Shown here piece by piece: positions 45,321-58,393 of a DNA stretch of 64,000 bases. Both the position numbers and the translations under genes were made by a program. Within the stretch, counting starts at the first letter, position 1. Each line of letters starts with the position of its first letter. Origin of the DNA: Alphaproteobacteria bacterium (GTDB lineage Bacteria; Pseudomonadota; Alphaproteobacteria; MPNO01; UBA830); assembly GCA_964291215.2 (NCBI GenBank), contig OZ219791.1, positions 2,784,001 through 2,848,000 of the forward strand, written 5' to 3'. Below the pieces are notes generated by a model that saw only the letters and a program-made list of their open reading frames with translations, was not told where the DNA came from and ran no database searches.

Positions 45321-46488
45321 GGTCAGCGATCGTGGCGGCGAAGCGCTCGAACAGGTAGTGGCTGTCCTGCGGGCCTGGTGAGGCCTCGGGGTGGTACTGG
45401 ACGGCGAAGACCGGCGCTCCCGAAACCCTGAACCCCTCGAGCGAGCCGTCGAAGAGCGAGACATGGGTCGTCTCGAGGCTGGCGGGCAACGAGTCGCCGG
45501 CAACCACGAAGCCATGATTCTGGCTTGTGATCTCGACCCGCCCGGTCTCGAGATCCTTGACCGGGTGGTTGGCGCCACGGTGGCCGAGATGCATCTTCTC
45601 CGTGCGTGCCCCTAGCGCCAGCGCCAGCATCTGGTGGCCAAGGCAGATCCCGAACATCGGAATCCCGAAGGCAAGGAGTTGACGGATCACGGGCACGGCA
45701 TAAATGCCGGTTGCTGCCGGATCGCCGGGGCCGTTCGAAAGGAAAATGCCGTCCGGCCGGTGGCGAAGGATGTCCTCGGCGCTTGCGTCGGCGCGCTCCA
45801 CTGTGATCCGGCAGCCGGCCGAAGCGAGGGCGCGCAGGATGTTGCGCTTCGCGCCGTAGTCGATTGCGACGACATGGTGGCGTGCATCGGCGCGGCTGTC
45901 GTAGCCGGTATGCGGCTGCCACAGCGCCTCGGTCCATTCATGGGCCACGTCGCAGGTAACGTCGCGCGCAAGGTCCATGCCCTCGAGGCCGGGCCACGTC
46001 GCAGCCGCGCTTCTGAGCGCGTTGAGATCGAACCTGCCGTCGGGCGCGTGATGAAGCACACCATTCGGGGCTCCGGTGTCGCGGATGGCCCGCGTCAGGC
46101 GGCGCGTGTCGGCGCCCGCAAGCCCGACCAGACCGTGCGAGTTCAGCCAGTCGTCGAAATGCCGGGTGGCGCGCCAGCTCGATGGCTGCGTGATATCGGC
46201 GCGCAGCACGAGGCCGCGCGCCGCCGGTCCGGCGGTCTCGATGTCGTCGGCATTGGCTCCGACATTGCCGATGTGCGGAAAGGTGAAGGTGACGATCTGG
46301 CCGGCATAGGACGGGTCGGTGAGTATTTCCTGGTACCCGGTGATCGAGGTGTTGAAGCAAATCTCGCCGGTCGCGCTGCCCGCCGCGCCAACGCCCCGGC
46401 CCCAGAGCACGGTGCCGTCGGCGAGCACGAGCGCCGCGGTCGCACCCTCGGGCGGACAAGGCCGGATGTCGGGGGTGATTCGGGTCAT
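45304..46488 (-). CDS. carA: carbamoyl-phosphate synthase small subunit
   Basis: [35 protein letters not shown]. Confidence 0.98.
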
Positions 46489-46576
46489 TGCCGCCTTTCT
46501 CGCGTTCGGGCGCACCGTGCTGCCTTGCGGCCGCGCCCAGATGTTGTCCGCCCGCATATCGGGCGCACGGCCATGC

Positions 46577-46605
46577 TTCATAGGTCATCGCCGGATATTC
46601 GTCAA
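46577..46605 (-). promoter_or_regulatory. putative sigma70 promoter for carAB
   Basis: TTGACG-17 nt-TATGAA on the minus strand. Confidence 0.55.
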
Positions 46606-46661
46606 TAGCGATCTGTCGGGAAAGATGGGTCAAATCATATGGTTAGACATTTCCGGCAAGC

Positions 46662-46690
46662 TTGCAACGGTTCCAGAACTGCGCTATGGT
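46662..46690 (+). promoter_or_regulatory. putative sigma70 promoter for yqeY-dnaG-rpoD
   Basis: TTGCAA-17 nt-TATGGT. Confidence 0.55.
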
Positions 46691-46708
46691 GCCGCTCTTT
46701 CCTAGTGC

Positions 46709-47179
46709 ATGGTCGGATTGATGCTGCGGGACCGATTGAACGGAAAACTCAAGTCCGCGATGAAGGAAAAGGATCAGGTGGCAGTGTCGACATTGCGCCT
46801 GATTCTTGCGGCGGTCAAGGACCGCGATATTGCGAAGCGGTCTGAGGGCAGCGACAAGGGCATCGATGACGCCACCATCCTGCAGGTGCTGCAGACGCTG
46901 ATCCGCCAGCGGCGGGAATCGATCGTGCTCTACCGCCAGGGCGGGCGCGAGGAGCTTGCGGATCGTGAGGCCCGCGAGATCGCGGTGATCGAGCAGTTCC
47001 TGCCGCGCCAGCTCGATGATGGCGAGGTGGCGGACGTCATAGAGAGCGCACTCGCCGAGACCGGTGCCGGTTCCGTGAAGGACATGGGCAGGGTGATGGG
47101 TCTGCTGCGCGAGCGTTATGCCGGGCGCATGGATTTCGGCCGGGCGGGGGCTGCGCTGAAGGCGCGGCTTGCCGGCTGA
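46709..47179 (+). CDS. GatB/YqeY domain protein
   Basis: KSAMK..TLRLI..QRRES..Y..GGR..FLP.QL..DMGRVMG. Confidence 0.93.
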   Translation: MVGLMLRDRLNGKLKSAMKEKDQVAVSTLRLILAAVKDRDIAKRSEGSDKGIDDATILQVLQTLIRQRRESIVLYRQGGREELADREAREIAVIEQFLPRQLDDGEVADVIESALAETGAGSVKDMGRVMGLLRERYAGRMDFGRAGAALKARLAG

Positions 47180-47196
47180 TCGGGCGGCCCGGGCGC

Positions 47197-49017
47197 ATGG
47201 CATTCCCGCCGCAGTTTCTCGACGAGCTCCGGGCGCGGATCCGCCTGTCCGACCTGATCGGGCGCCGCGTCAAGCTGACGAAGAAGGGCCGCGAGTTCGT
47301 CGGCCTTTGCCCGTTTCACAGCGAGAAGACGCCCTCGTTCACCATCAATGACGACAAGGGATTTTTCCACTGTTTCGGCTGTGGTGCGCATGGCGACGTG
47401 ATCGGCTTCACGATGCAGGGTGCGCATCTGTCGTTTCCCGACGCGGTTGCGCAGCTGGCGGCGGAGGCCGGGCTCGAGGTGCCGGTGGCGACGCCGGAAG
47501 AGCGCGCGCGCGAGCAGCGCCGCGCCGGGCTCCTTGAGGCGATGGAGGCGGCCTGCGGGTTCTACCAGCGGATGCTGCGTTCGGCGGAAGGAGATGCGGC
47601 GCGCGCCTACCTTGCCGGCCGCGGGCTGACCGACGAAACGATCTCGCGGTTCCGCCTCGGTTTCGCCCCCGGCGGCAACCGTCTCGGTGCGGAGCTGACG
47701 AGTGCCGAGATGCCGGAATCGCTGCTCGCCGAAGCCGGCCTCGTGCGCCGGCGGGATGACGGCGGCAGCCACGATTTCTTCCGCAGCCGCGTCATCTTTC
47801 CGATTACCGACCACCGAGGCCGTGTCGTCGCCTTCGGCGGGCGCATCATCGGCGATGGCGAACCGAAATACCTGAACTCGCCGGACACGCCGCTTTTCGA
47901 CAAGCGGCGGACGCTTTATGGCCTTGCGACGGCACGCTCTGCGGCCCACGAGAGGGGCCGCGTCATCGTCACCGAAGGCTACATGGACGTGATCGCGCTC
48001 GCCCAGGCCGGGTTGACGGAGGCCGTGGCGCCGCTGGGCACGGCGCTGACCGAGAGTCATCTCCACATGCTGTGGCGCCTCGCGGCGGAGCCGGTGCTGT
48101 GCTTCGACGGCGACCACGCGGGCGCGCGCGCGGCGGTTCGCGCAGCCGAGCGCGCGCTGCCGCTGCTGGCGCCGGAGCGATCCCTGGCCTTCGTGACGCT
48201 CCCTGCCGGTGAGGATCCCGACAGCCTAGTGCGCGCGCACGGGCCGGCCGTCATCGAACGGTTGGTGGCCGGCGCGCGGACGCTTGCCGAGGTGATCTGG
48301 ACGACGCAGGTCGAAGGCCGCGACCTCGGCACACCGGAACGGCTTGCCGGCCTCGAGCAGAGACTGGACGATCTCGTGTCGTCGATAGCCGACCGCAAGG
48401 TGCAGTTCGGCTACCGTGCGCATTTCCGGAACCGGCTCCGCGACCTCACCGGCTGGCGGCGCCGGGGCGGGGGTGGTGCCGCGCCGGGAACGGGCGCCCC
48501 GTCGGCGCTGCGGCGTGGTTCCGGCAAGGCGGCGCTCGACCGCCGGCGTGAACAGGTGCTGCTGGCGACCATCATCAACCATCCGGCGGTGATCGACGAG
48601 CACGCCGAGATGCTGGCGATGGTGGAGATCGGCGATCCGGCGCGGGCAGGCCTTTTCCGCGATGCCGTGGCCGCCTGCGGGAGCGACCCGGATATTGACT
48701 CCGAGCGGCTTAAGAACCAGATCATTGAGCGTGGAAACGGAGAGGCTCTGGGCGCGCTGCTCGAGGCGGACATCTTTGTCCATGCCGCATTCGCCCGTGT
48801 CGATGCCGAACTGGATGACGCCAGGGCGGGTTTCAGGGAGGTGCTCGCGCATTCCCTGAAGCGGATGCGCGAGGAAGAGGCAAGGCTCGTGCGCGACAAT
48901 TTCGTGAACGATCCGAGCGAGGAAAACTGGCGGAAGATGGAAGCGCTTCAGGCCGAGACCGTAGCGGGACCGGACGGCATCATGTTCCCGGCGGAGCATG
49001 AACGGCAGCGTTACTGA
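47197..49017 (+). CDS. dnaG: DNA primase
   Basis: [40 protein letters not shown]. Confidence 0.97.
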   Translation: MAFPPQFLDELRARIRLSDLIGRRVKLTKKGREFVGLCPFHSEKTPSFTINDDKGFFHCFGCGAHGDVIGFTMQGAHLSFPDAVAQLAAEAGLEVPVATPEERAREQRRAGLLEAMEAACGFYQRMLRSAEGDAARAYLAGRGLTDETISRFRLGFAPGGNRLGAELTSAEMPESLLAEAGLVRRRDDGGSHDFFRSRVIFPITDHRGRVVAFGGRIIGDGEPKYLNSPDTPLFDKRRTLYGLATARSAAHERGRVIVTEGYMDVIALAQAGLTEAVAPLGTALTESHLHMLWRLAAEPVLCFDGDHAGARAAVRAAERALPLLAPERSLAFVTLPAGEDPDSLVRAHGPAVIERLVAGARTLAEVIWTTQVEGRDLGTPERLAGLEQRLDDLVSSIADRKVQFGYRAHFRNRLRDLTGWRRRGGGGAAPGTGAPSALRRGSGKAALDRRREQVLLATIINHPAVIDEHAEMLAMVEIGDPARAGLFRDAVAACGSDPDIDSERLKNQIIERGNGEALGALLEADIFVHAAFARVDAELDDARAGFREVLAHSLKRMREEEARLVRDNFVNDPSEENWRKMEALQAETVAGPDGIMFPAEHERQRY

Positions 49018-49072
49018 TGCGGCGTATCACGCCCGCGGCAGAGGCCGGGCTGAATCAGGGAAACGAATAACG

Positions 49073-50968
<1,896 letters not shown>

Positions 50969-51088
50969 ATGCCGTAGGCCGCCCGGAATGCTCCAGGCAA
51001 TCTCACTCCTCCGGGCCCCTCCTGCCAGGCCGCCGGTCGGCGCATCGGTATGCGGCGCCCGGTGCCGCACGATGACAGGAGACAGAAC

Positions 51089-52558
51089 ATGACCGAGAGC
51101 CCGGCGCCGGAAGCATCGGCGCCGCAGAACGAGGGATATCTCGACCTTCGTGAGCTTGTCGCCCGATTCGAGGAGATGGGCGAGCTCGAACGAGTCGAGG
51201 GCGCGGACTGGAATCTGGAGATCGGCGCGCTGTCGGAGACGATCGCGGCCGCGGCCCCGGGGCGTGCGAAGGCATTGCTCTTCGACCGCATTCCGGGCTA
51301 CCCGGAGGGGTTCCGCATCATGTCGGGCGCGGCCAACGCCTTCCGGCGGCTGGCGCTGGTGCTTGGCCTGCCCGAGCCGGAGACCGAGATGGACCTCGTG
51401 CGCGCCTACCGGAGCCGCGCCAGGGCAGGCTTCAAGCCCATTCCGCCGGTCGAGATGGCGACGGGTCCGATTCTCGAGAATGTCGACCGGGACGAAGATG
51501 TCGACGTGCTCAAATTTCCCGCACCGTTCGTTCACGAGCTTGACGGCGGACGCTACATCGGGACCGACGACCTAGTGATCATGCGCGATCCCGATACCGG
51601 CTGGACCAATGTCGGCACCTATCGGGTAATGGTCCACGACCGCAACACGGTTGCGATCTGGATGTCGCCCGGCAAGCACGGGCGCCTTATCAGCGAGAAG
51701 TACTTTGCGAGAAACGAGCCCTGCCCGGTGCTCATATCCTGCGGTCAGGATCCCAACCTCTTCCTCGTAGCCCATCAGGAGGTGGATCACGAGCTTGACG
51801 AACTCGCCTATGCGGGCGGCCAGCGCGGCCGCGCCATCGAGGTCATCCCGAGCGAGTTGCACGGTCTGCCGATACCGGCCTATGCCGAGGTGGTTCTCGA
51901 GGGCGAGATGCTTCCGGGAGAGTTGCGCGAGGAGGGGCCCTTCGGCGAATTCATGGGCTACTACGCGTCGAACGCGTCGGAACTGCCGATCGTGCGCGTG
52001 CGGCGCGTCTACTGGAGGAACTCGCCCATCCTCACCCTGGCAATTCCGTCGCGCCCGCCGGAGAACTTCACGTTCGCGCGCGCAACCGTGAAGTCTGCAA
52101 TGATCTGGGACGAGGTGGAGAAGGCGGGTCTGCCGGGCGTCAAGGGCGTGTGGTGCCACGAATCGGGTGCCGGGCGGCTGTTCAACGTCGTCGCCATCGA
52201 GCAGCTCTATCCCGGTCACGCCTCGCAGGCGGGCATGCTGGCAGCCAGCTGCCATGCCGGCAACTATGCCGGGCGCTGGGTCGTCGTCGTCGACGACGAC
52301 ATCGATCCTTCGAATCTCTTTGACGTGACCTGGGCGATGTCAACGCGCTGCGATCCGCCCGAGGACATCCAGTACATCAAGCGATCATGGTCGACGCCGC
52401 TGGACCCGCTCCTGCGCGAGCCGCCGTGGCAAAATAACCGCGCCGTCGTCGATGCATGCAGGCCCTATGGCTGGAAGGACGAGTTTCCGAAGGTTGCCGA
52501 GGCGAGCCCGGAACTCAAGGCGTCGATCCGCCGCAAATGGCCGCAACTCTATGGGTGA
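51089..52558 (+). CDS. UbiD-family (prFMN-dependent) decarboxylase
   Basis: DGGRYIGT, NVGTYR, EGPFGEFMGYY, VVVVDDDIDP, WSTPLDP, DACRPY. Confidence 0.92.
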   Translation: MTESPAPEASAPQNEGYLDLRELVARFEEMGELERVEGADWNLEIGALSETIAAAAPGRAKALLFDRIPGYPEGFRIMSGAANAFRRLALVLGLPEPETEMDLVRAYRSRARAGFKPIPPVEMATGPILENVDRDEDVDVLKFPAPFVHELDGGRYIGTDDLVIMRDPDTGWTNVGTYRVMVHDRNTVAIWMSPGKHGRLISEKYFARNEPCPVLISCGQDPNLFLVAHQEVDHELDELAYAGGQRGRAIEVIPSELHGLPIPAYAEVVLEGEMLPGELREEGPFGEFMGYYASNASELPIVRVRRVYWRNSPILTLAIPSRPPENFTFARATVKSAMIWDEVEKAGLPGVKGVWCHESGAGRLFNVVAIEQLYPGHASQAGMLAASCHAGNYAGRWVVVVDDDIDPSNLFDVTWAMSTRCDPPEDIQYIKRSWSTPLDPLLREPPWQNNRAVVDACRPYGWKDEFPKVAEASPELKASIRRKWPQLYG

Positions 52559-52661
52559 GGTGCGCGGCGCGTACAATCCGCTTGAGGCGAGTCGCCTCGG
52601 GGTGAAATTCTCCGGGGTAACTCGACTTGAAACCCGTCGGTGGCGGTGGCAATTTGCCTGC

Positions 52662-52738
52662 GGGCCCGTAGTTCAGTTGGTCAGAACGCTCCGCTCATAA
52701 CGGAGTTGTCGGGGGTTCGAGTCCCTCCGGGCCCACCA
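52662..52738 (+). tRNA. tRNA with CAT anticodon, most likely tRNA-Ile2 (lysidine)
   Basis: GGGCCCG/CGGGCCC acceptor stem, CTCCG-CTCATAA-CGGAG, GGTTCGAGTCC, CCA. A paired 1-72 position argues against initiator tRNA; Ile2 versus Met is inferred. Confidence 0.9.
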
Positions 52739-52746
52739 TTCGACGT

Positions 52747-53286
52747 TCAGTCGAACGTGCCGTCGACGAGCACGAATATCATGTAGCAGTCGCTGTCTGT
52801 GCGGTTGCTCCAGGCATGGTTGGTGCCGCGCTGCACGCAACTGTCCCCCGCCTTCATCAGCACTTCGGAATCGTCGAGGACCAGATAGATCTCGCCCGAC
52901 AGGCAGACGGCGTAATCGACCGTTTCTGTCCGGTGCATCAGGGGATGGGGCGCCTCGCCGGCTTCAGCCGCCGCCGCCTCAGCGCCGATCGAGGCGAAGC
53001 TCTGCTTCGCCGCGTTTCGGTCGATGCTGTCGATCCAGTCCTTCTCCGGCGGAAACCTGATGATGCGGAAGACCGAGCCGTTCTGTGGCGGCAGGAGCCC
53101 GATCTGTCGGTCGGTCGTCTCTTCCGGCCCGTGAACCTTGGCCGGCGATTCGTCGAGCACCCAGAGGTTGTTGATCTCGACTCCGGGGCGGTTGGCCGGG
53201 CGGACCACGTTGATGGTCTCGCCGTCTGACACCACGATCGCCTTGCCGTTCTCGTCATGTCCGGTAACGATTCGTCTCACAGCCAT
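52747..53286 (-). CDS. cupin domain protein
   Basis: RRIVTGHD..G.A, MHRTETVDY, VQRGTNHAWSN. Confidence 0.9.
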   Translation of the reverse strand: MAVRRIVTGHDENGKAIVVSDGETINVVRPANRPGVEINNLWVLDESPAKVHGPEETTDRQIGLLPPQNGSVFRIIRFPPEKDWIDSIDRNAAKQSFASIGAEAAAAEAGEAPHPLMHRTETVDYAVCLSGEIYLVLDDSEVLMKAGDSCVQRGTNHAWSNRTDSDCYMIFVLVDGTFD

Positions 53287-53328
53287 CGCCGGTATTCCTC
53301 CCTGCAACCCCTCCTCACGCGCCGCCGA

Positions 53329-53490
53329 TCAGCGTTCTGTCGGCATGCCTCGTTCGAGATCGGTCTCGATTCCTTTTATCACCTCTCTGACGCTGCCGCA
53401 AAGCGGCAGGCTGAGCCGGAGCGCGTCGGCTTCCCTCAGGATGGTCGACATGTCCTTCTCGGCCCATGGCATCGGCCAGTTGTAGACTTC
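53329..53490 (-). pseudogene. 3' remnant of an NAD(P)-dependent (3-hydroxyisobutyrate dehydrogenase-like) oxidoreductase
   Basis: MPWAEKDM.TIL.EAD..RLSLPLCG.V.EVIKG C-terminal motif; 5' part replaced by mobile DNA. Confidence 0.5.
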
Positions 53491-53569
53491 GATTGGAGCA
53501 GCGCGTCGCGGAGTGGACCGGTCTCGACGCCGAGGCTCTTGGCCAGCCTCATGCTTTCGACGTTGGTTG

Positions 53570-53690
53570 AGATACAGGCCCAGACCACCGCGATCTACGC
53601 CCATCTTGACGATGGCGCGCTGCAGGATGCCGCCACGCAGGCCGCAGCCGTTATTACGCGCGCCATGGGATACAGGCGCCTCCAATGCCG
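53570..53690 (+). pseudogene. tyrosine recombinase C-terminal fragment
   Basis: QAQTTAIYAHLDD catalytic-Tyr region. Confidence 0.6.
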
Positions 53691-53794
53691 GACGGGGCGG
53701 AACACGGCGATGCATCGACCGACATACCTGCGCCGTCTAGGCCTGGTGCGTCGGCCTCACCGGAGGGAGAGCGATCCTCTCTCCGGGGCAGAGC

Positions 53795-56061
53795 CTTTCA
53801 ACGAACCATGATCGAGTCTTCGTTCATGAGGCGTAACTGCTCACCCCCTGGTTCCGGCTTGATGTCGGGGTAGAGCAACGAACGGGGTTCCGTGGAGATT
53901 TGACACTGCATGCCGATTCGCTTAGTGGTGGTCATCGAGAACGACGGGGACCGCCAGTGGGCTACTTTGGATCGAAGGCGACGAGCGGGCTGTGCCAGCT
54001 GCTTCCGGGGCTCCAGCCTCCGCATGATCTGTATGTGGAAACGCATTTCGGAGGCGGCGCGCTGATGAAGCGCAAGGCCGGGTGATGGCGACGGTCAACG
54101 CGGCGCGCGAGGAGTTCGAAGCGGCCAAGACCGCGGCGCTGCCGGCAAGGTGGCGGAAGAGGCCGTCATCCGCGTCCTTGTCATCCTGCTCGACATCATC
54201 ATCGTCGTCCTTCTGGAGAAGACCACGCACGAGCCGGAACTCCGGTCTGCCGCCGTCACAGACGGACAAGAGCGTGCCGGAAGCAACGGCCCGAAGCCGA
54301 ACCGGCAGATGGGCGACAACCTGCGCAAGATCATCGTCGAGGAGACGGTCGCGGCCTGCGACGCCTGCGGCGCTGACGGCCCCGTCGATCGGGAGCGCCG
54401 CACGACATCGTGTTCGAGGTCGTCGAGCGCCGCGCCGAGATCAAGGAATGCCCGAAGTGCAAGGCCCGGGGCCGGTTCCCCGACAACATCCCGTGCAGTA
54501 CGGCATCGGCATTCAGGCCCTCGTCATCAACCTGCTGGTCGCCCAGATGCTGTCCCTGCGCCGTGCCGTCGCGTTCGTGCAGGCGATCTCCGGCATCAAG
54601 CTCTCCGAGGCCTCGGCTATGCTTTCACGATGCGTCATGGGAGGAGGCCGCCGTGGCGCACCTCCTGCAACGCCCGATGTCGACGAGACCGGATTTCGGA
54701 TCAACAGCAAGTGGCTCCATGTCGTCGGGACCCTGACGTGCAAGTTCCCGCACCGCAAGCGCGGGCAAGAGATCGGCATCATCCCGTGCTACAAGGGCGT
54801 CCTGGACCTCGTACATGGGCCAGTGTAGCCACCAGCTGTGCGGCAGCCACCTGCTGCGCGAACTGACCTTTGTCGTCGAGGCTACCGCGCGACTGATGAA
54901 GAGCCTGCTCCGCGAGGTCTGCCACAAGGTCAACAAGATCGCATCCAAAACCCTGAACGACGACGTGCGCAAGCGCTACCGCACCATCAGGGCGCCAGGG
55001 AACTGCCCGACATCCCGCCGAAAGGAAAACGTGGACGCAAGTCCGACGCGCACAACCTGCACGAACGTCTCGTGAAACACGCAAACCTGCGCTTCACAGA
55101 CGACCCCAACGTCAGCTTCACCAACAATGCCGGAGAACAGAAGATCAGGATGGCAAAGGTCAAGGTGTCCGGGTGCTTCCGCTCCACGCAAAAGCATGGT
55201 GCCGGGGCTCGAGCTACCTCACCTCCATGGCCGCACTCGGCTACAACCCACTCGTCGCCACCCAGATCGCCCTCGACGGAAAAGCCGCAGACATCATCAA
55301 CGAGCACTATGGCCAATCAGAACCCAACTAGGGGTGAGTAGATACCATGAGGCCTTATATAGTAGCCCATGAGAATTGGCTTTCGACATCTGTCCACGAC
55401 GACGGTTGATTGGCTGAAGGTGGCGCCGGTTGCCGAGAGCGGCACGCCCTGGCGCAGGGATTGTGCGAACGCGAGGCGCAACGCGAAGGGCGAGCTGTGG
55501 CTTGCCGCGTGCGGCCCTGCCTGGTCTTGCCTCGGCGCTCGGCATCGTCCTTCCTGCACCAAGGCCTCGACATTGGCACCCTTGAGCGGGACTATCCCGA
55601 CAAGCCACTCGCATGTTCTCCGGAGGAGCTTGGCGAGGTCACCGTAGAGCCGGTCGGCGACGACGAGGACAAGCGCCTGGCGATGATGACGACCTGGCAT
55701 CCCGAGGCGCGCGCACCCGGATGAGCTACCGGATCACCTCGTCGTGCTACGGCCGCCTCGGCGGCCTGGTGTTCCGTGCGGCCAATTGGCATCAGAAGGC
55801 GCGCGACGACTTCTGGTCCCGGGGAGCGCGTGACGTTCACCTCGGCAAGGTCGTCAACAACGCCCGCTTGCTGATACTTCCGTCGGTGAATGTTCCGGAG
55901 CTGGCCTCCCATGTCCTGGCCTGCCGGCGGCTTGCTGCGGACTGAGAAGTGACGCCGGTTCCGGCCTACGCCTATGTGAGCCCCGAAGACACCGGCACGA
56001 GCTACAGGGCGGCAGGCCGGGAGCGTTGTGAGAAGATGACCTCGGGCCGACCTCCCGGGGC
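53795..56061 (+). mobile_element. IS4-family/DUF4338 element 1 (left part), interrupted by IS66 and by element 2
   Basis: Left end CTTTCAA at 53795. After removing the IS66, ATG MRIGFRH (55369) sits at about the same distance from the end as in element 2. WHQKARD, VVNNARLLILP.V fragments. Confidence 0.7.
53833..55345 (+). mobile_element. IS66-family element copy B with methyltransferase 5' fragment; both ends intact, 8-bp TSD
   Basis: IRs GTAACTGCTCACCCC / GGGGTGAGTAGATAC; TSD CATGAGGC at 53825-53832 and 55346-55353; GYFGSKATSG..PHDLYVETHFGGGA followed by a decayed transposase. Confidence 0.94.
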
Positions 56062-58002
56062 CTTTCAACTGAGCACTGTAAACTCGAAGCAACTGACGCC
56101 GTATACACAGTTCCATGAGAATCGGCCTGCGACATTATGGCGGCGAGACGGTTGACTGGCTGAAGGCACGGCTTGGTGCCGGGGATTGCACGCGGACCTT
56201 CCTGGCACGTGAGCTCTGCGAGCGTGAGGACTGGCGGAACGCGAAGGGAGAACTGTGCCTCGACCCGGGCCGCGCTTCCAAAGTTCTCCGCCGCACTCGG
56301 TCTGCCTCTGCCGGAGGCTCGGTAACCCCGGAGTCCCTGGCCCCGTCGCCGGATTATCCCGACAGGCACCTGTCGTGCCGTCTTGGCGAGACCGGCGTGG
56401 TTCCGGTTGCCGACGAGGACAAGTCGCTGGCGTGGTCGATGATGGCATCGCATCATCCCGAGGCGGCCTGTCCCGGGCATCCGCTACTGGATTCTCTCGT
56501 CCCTGCACGGCGTCCTCGGCGGCCTGGTGCTGCGTCTTGGCATCACAAGGCGCGGGACCTCCACATCGGCTGGCGGCGCGGGACGCCAACATCGGGCGGG
56601 TTGTCAACAATGACAGGTTTCTTCCCGGCGTCCACGGGCTTGCGTCCGTGGCGCTGTTCCATGGTCGCGTGACCGGGAGGAGCGCTACGGTGTTCGCCTG
56701 GCGTACAGCTACGTGGGTGCGGAGCCTACCGTGCTGCGGCGTGCTGCAAGGGGTTGCGGGTGTACGTGAAGCCGCTGTCGGCGGACTGGTCTCTCGGGCG
56801 GGCCGGGTGATCGGTTCAGGCCCGCGTCGAGGGAGGATGGCGGAGTACGGACGGAGCGCGCACAGCGACGCGCGCTTTGTCACGATGGGCGAGGCCTGGT
56901 GCGGTCGTCCGGGTGTGCCGGTGATCTTTCCCGGCGAGGCGGAGCAGCTTGCAGGTTCCTGTCGAACCCGAGGATCGGCATGCAAGACATCTTTGAGCCG
57001 CGTCAGGAGGCGATGCGTTGCCGCAGCCAGTCTGTTGCGGTTCAGGGATGCTGAACTACAGCGAGGCAACGCAGGGCCTTGTCGACATCGGCGGCTCTGG
57101 AAGCAAGGGGCTCATGTCGGCGTTGCGTTCAGCGGTTGCGCACTGGGGGTATTCAGCCTTGATTCCGCGCGGAGGACAAGGCAACGGCGGGCGAGGAAAG
57201 CGGACGGACGCCTTCGCCAAGTCCGCCGAGGCGGCCTGCCCGCGAACCCGCCCGTCTGCGACCGTGAGGGCGACATGTGGTCTCTCCTGTCCGGAGGCCT
57301 GCGCCGTCGCGCCCGGCGGCTCCTGGTCCGCGCCAGCCGTTCAGGCGGGCCATCACGGCGGACGGCAAGGCCAGGGACCTGTTCGCGGCCGAATTGGACA
57401 TCGTCGCGGAGAAGACGGTCGACATCGCCGCCTGTGGCGGCCCCCGGACGCGCAAGGGGCGCAACAAGCTGCGGGCCGATCTCGTCCCGCCCTGGACACG
57501 GCCCCACTCACCATGCTCGCGGTGCGCGTCCTGGAGAAGACGCCGCCGACAGGACCGGCTGGTTGCTCCTGACCACCGAAGGTGAGCCCACGCAGGAGAA
57601 CGCGATCCGTGCCTGGAAACGCTGGCTGAGAGTGGTTCGCGGCCGTCAAGACCGGAACGCGGATCAAGGGGCTCAACGCCGCCGACGACCTGAGGAAGTG
57701 CCTCGTCTGCCATTACCGCATGCACCGTCATCCTCGCGCGGAGGCCGGCGCGCACGATCGTCCACGAGATCCATGTCCTCGCCGTCCACATACCGAACCA
57801 CCGCAGGCAACGCGGCCCACCCGACCCGGATCAGGCGATCGCGGAGTTCGCCGTCAACACCGCGCGCCTCGCCGGATTCATCCCGTCGAAGCGCCAGCCC
57901 ATGCCGGGTACTCACAAATTCTGGGAAGGATACCTGATCCTGTTCATTGAAAACTACCGGCGCGACTACGCCAACATCGATTCGACAGTGTACCATTGAA
58001 AG
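56062..58002 (+). mobile_element. IS4-family (Tn5-like) element with N-terminal DUF4338-like region, decayed
   Basis: IRs CTTTCAACTGAGCACTGT / ACAGTGTACCATTGAAAG; LARELCE..DWRN.KG, IGRVVNNDRFL, VCDREGD, LLVRA, WLLLTT, GFIPSKRQPMPG...WEG. Confidence 0.82.
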
Positions 58003-58393
58003 GCCGCCGCCGATCGCAACCGAATCCGTGCGGCTAAAGCCGCGGTAACGGCTGCGCCGTGAACCTCTGCGCTCGCGGCACAAGTGAACGCAGACCGCAT
58101 CGCCAGCAATACCGGCGCTGTCTTTGTCCATCGGTGCGATGCGGGAACATGTGAAACGCAATCTCCAGGCGCATGGACCATGTGAGACGGAACGTCTGTG
58201 CTGCGGGAACAACTCCGTCTCTGTCCGGCGTCCGGTGCGCCCTGTGTGACGGACGGCGCAACGCCTTTCCGCTGCGCGGCCCGTTCTGTTATCGTGGCTC
58301 ACGAACGACAACGCGGAACGCGCTCGAAGATCGCGGACCGGTCGTCTCGCTCAATTGCCGCGACGGCTCCATCTCCTTGTGACGCCGGCGTTT

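Noticed and set aside
53760-53786. Hairpin CCGGAGGGAG..CTCTCTCCGG next to the IS4 left end
   Set aside because: No U-tract and a single occurrence; cannot support a terminator or target-structure claim.
58003-58393. Short ORFs between the IS4 and ISAzo13 elements
   Set aside because: No motif support; probably a fragment of disrupted sequence.
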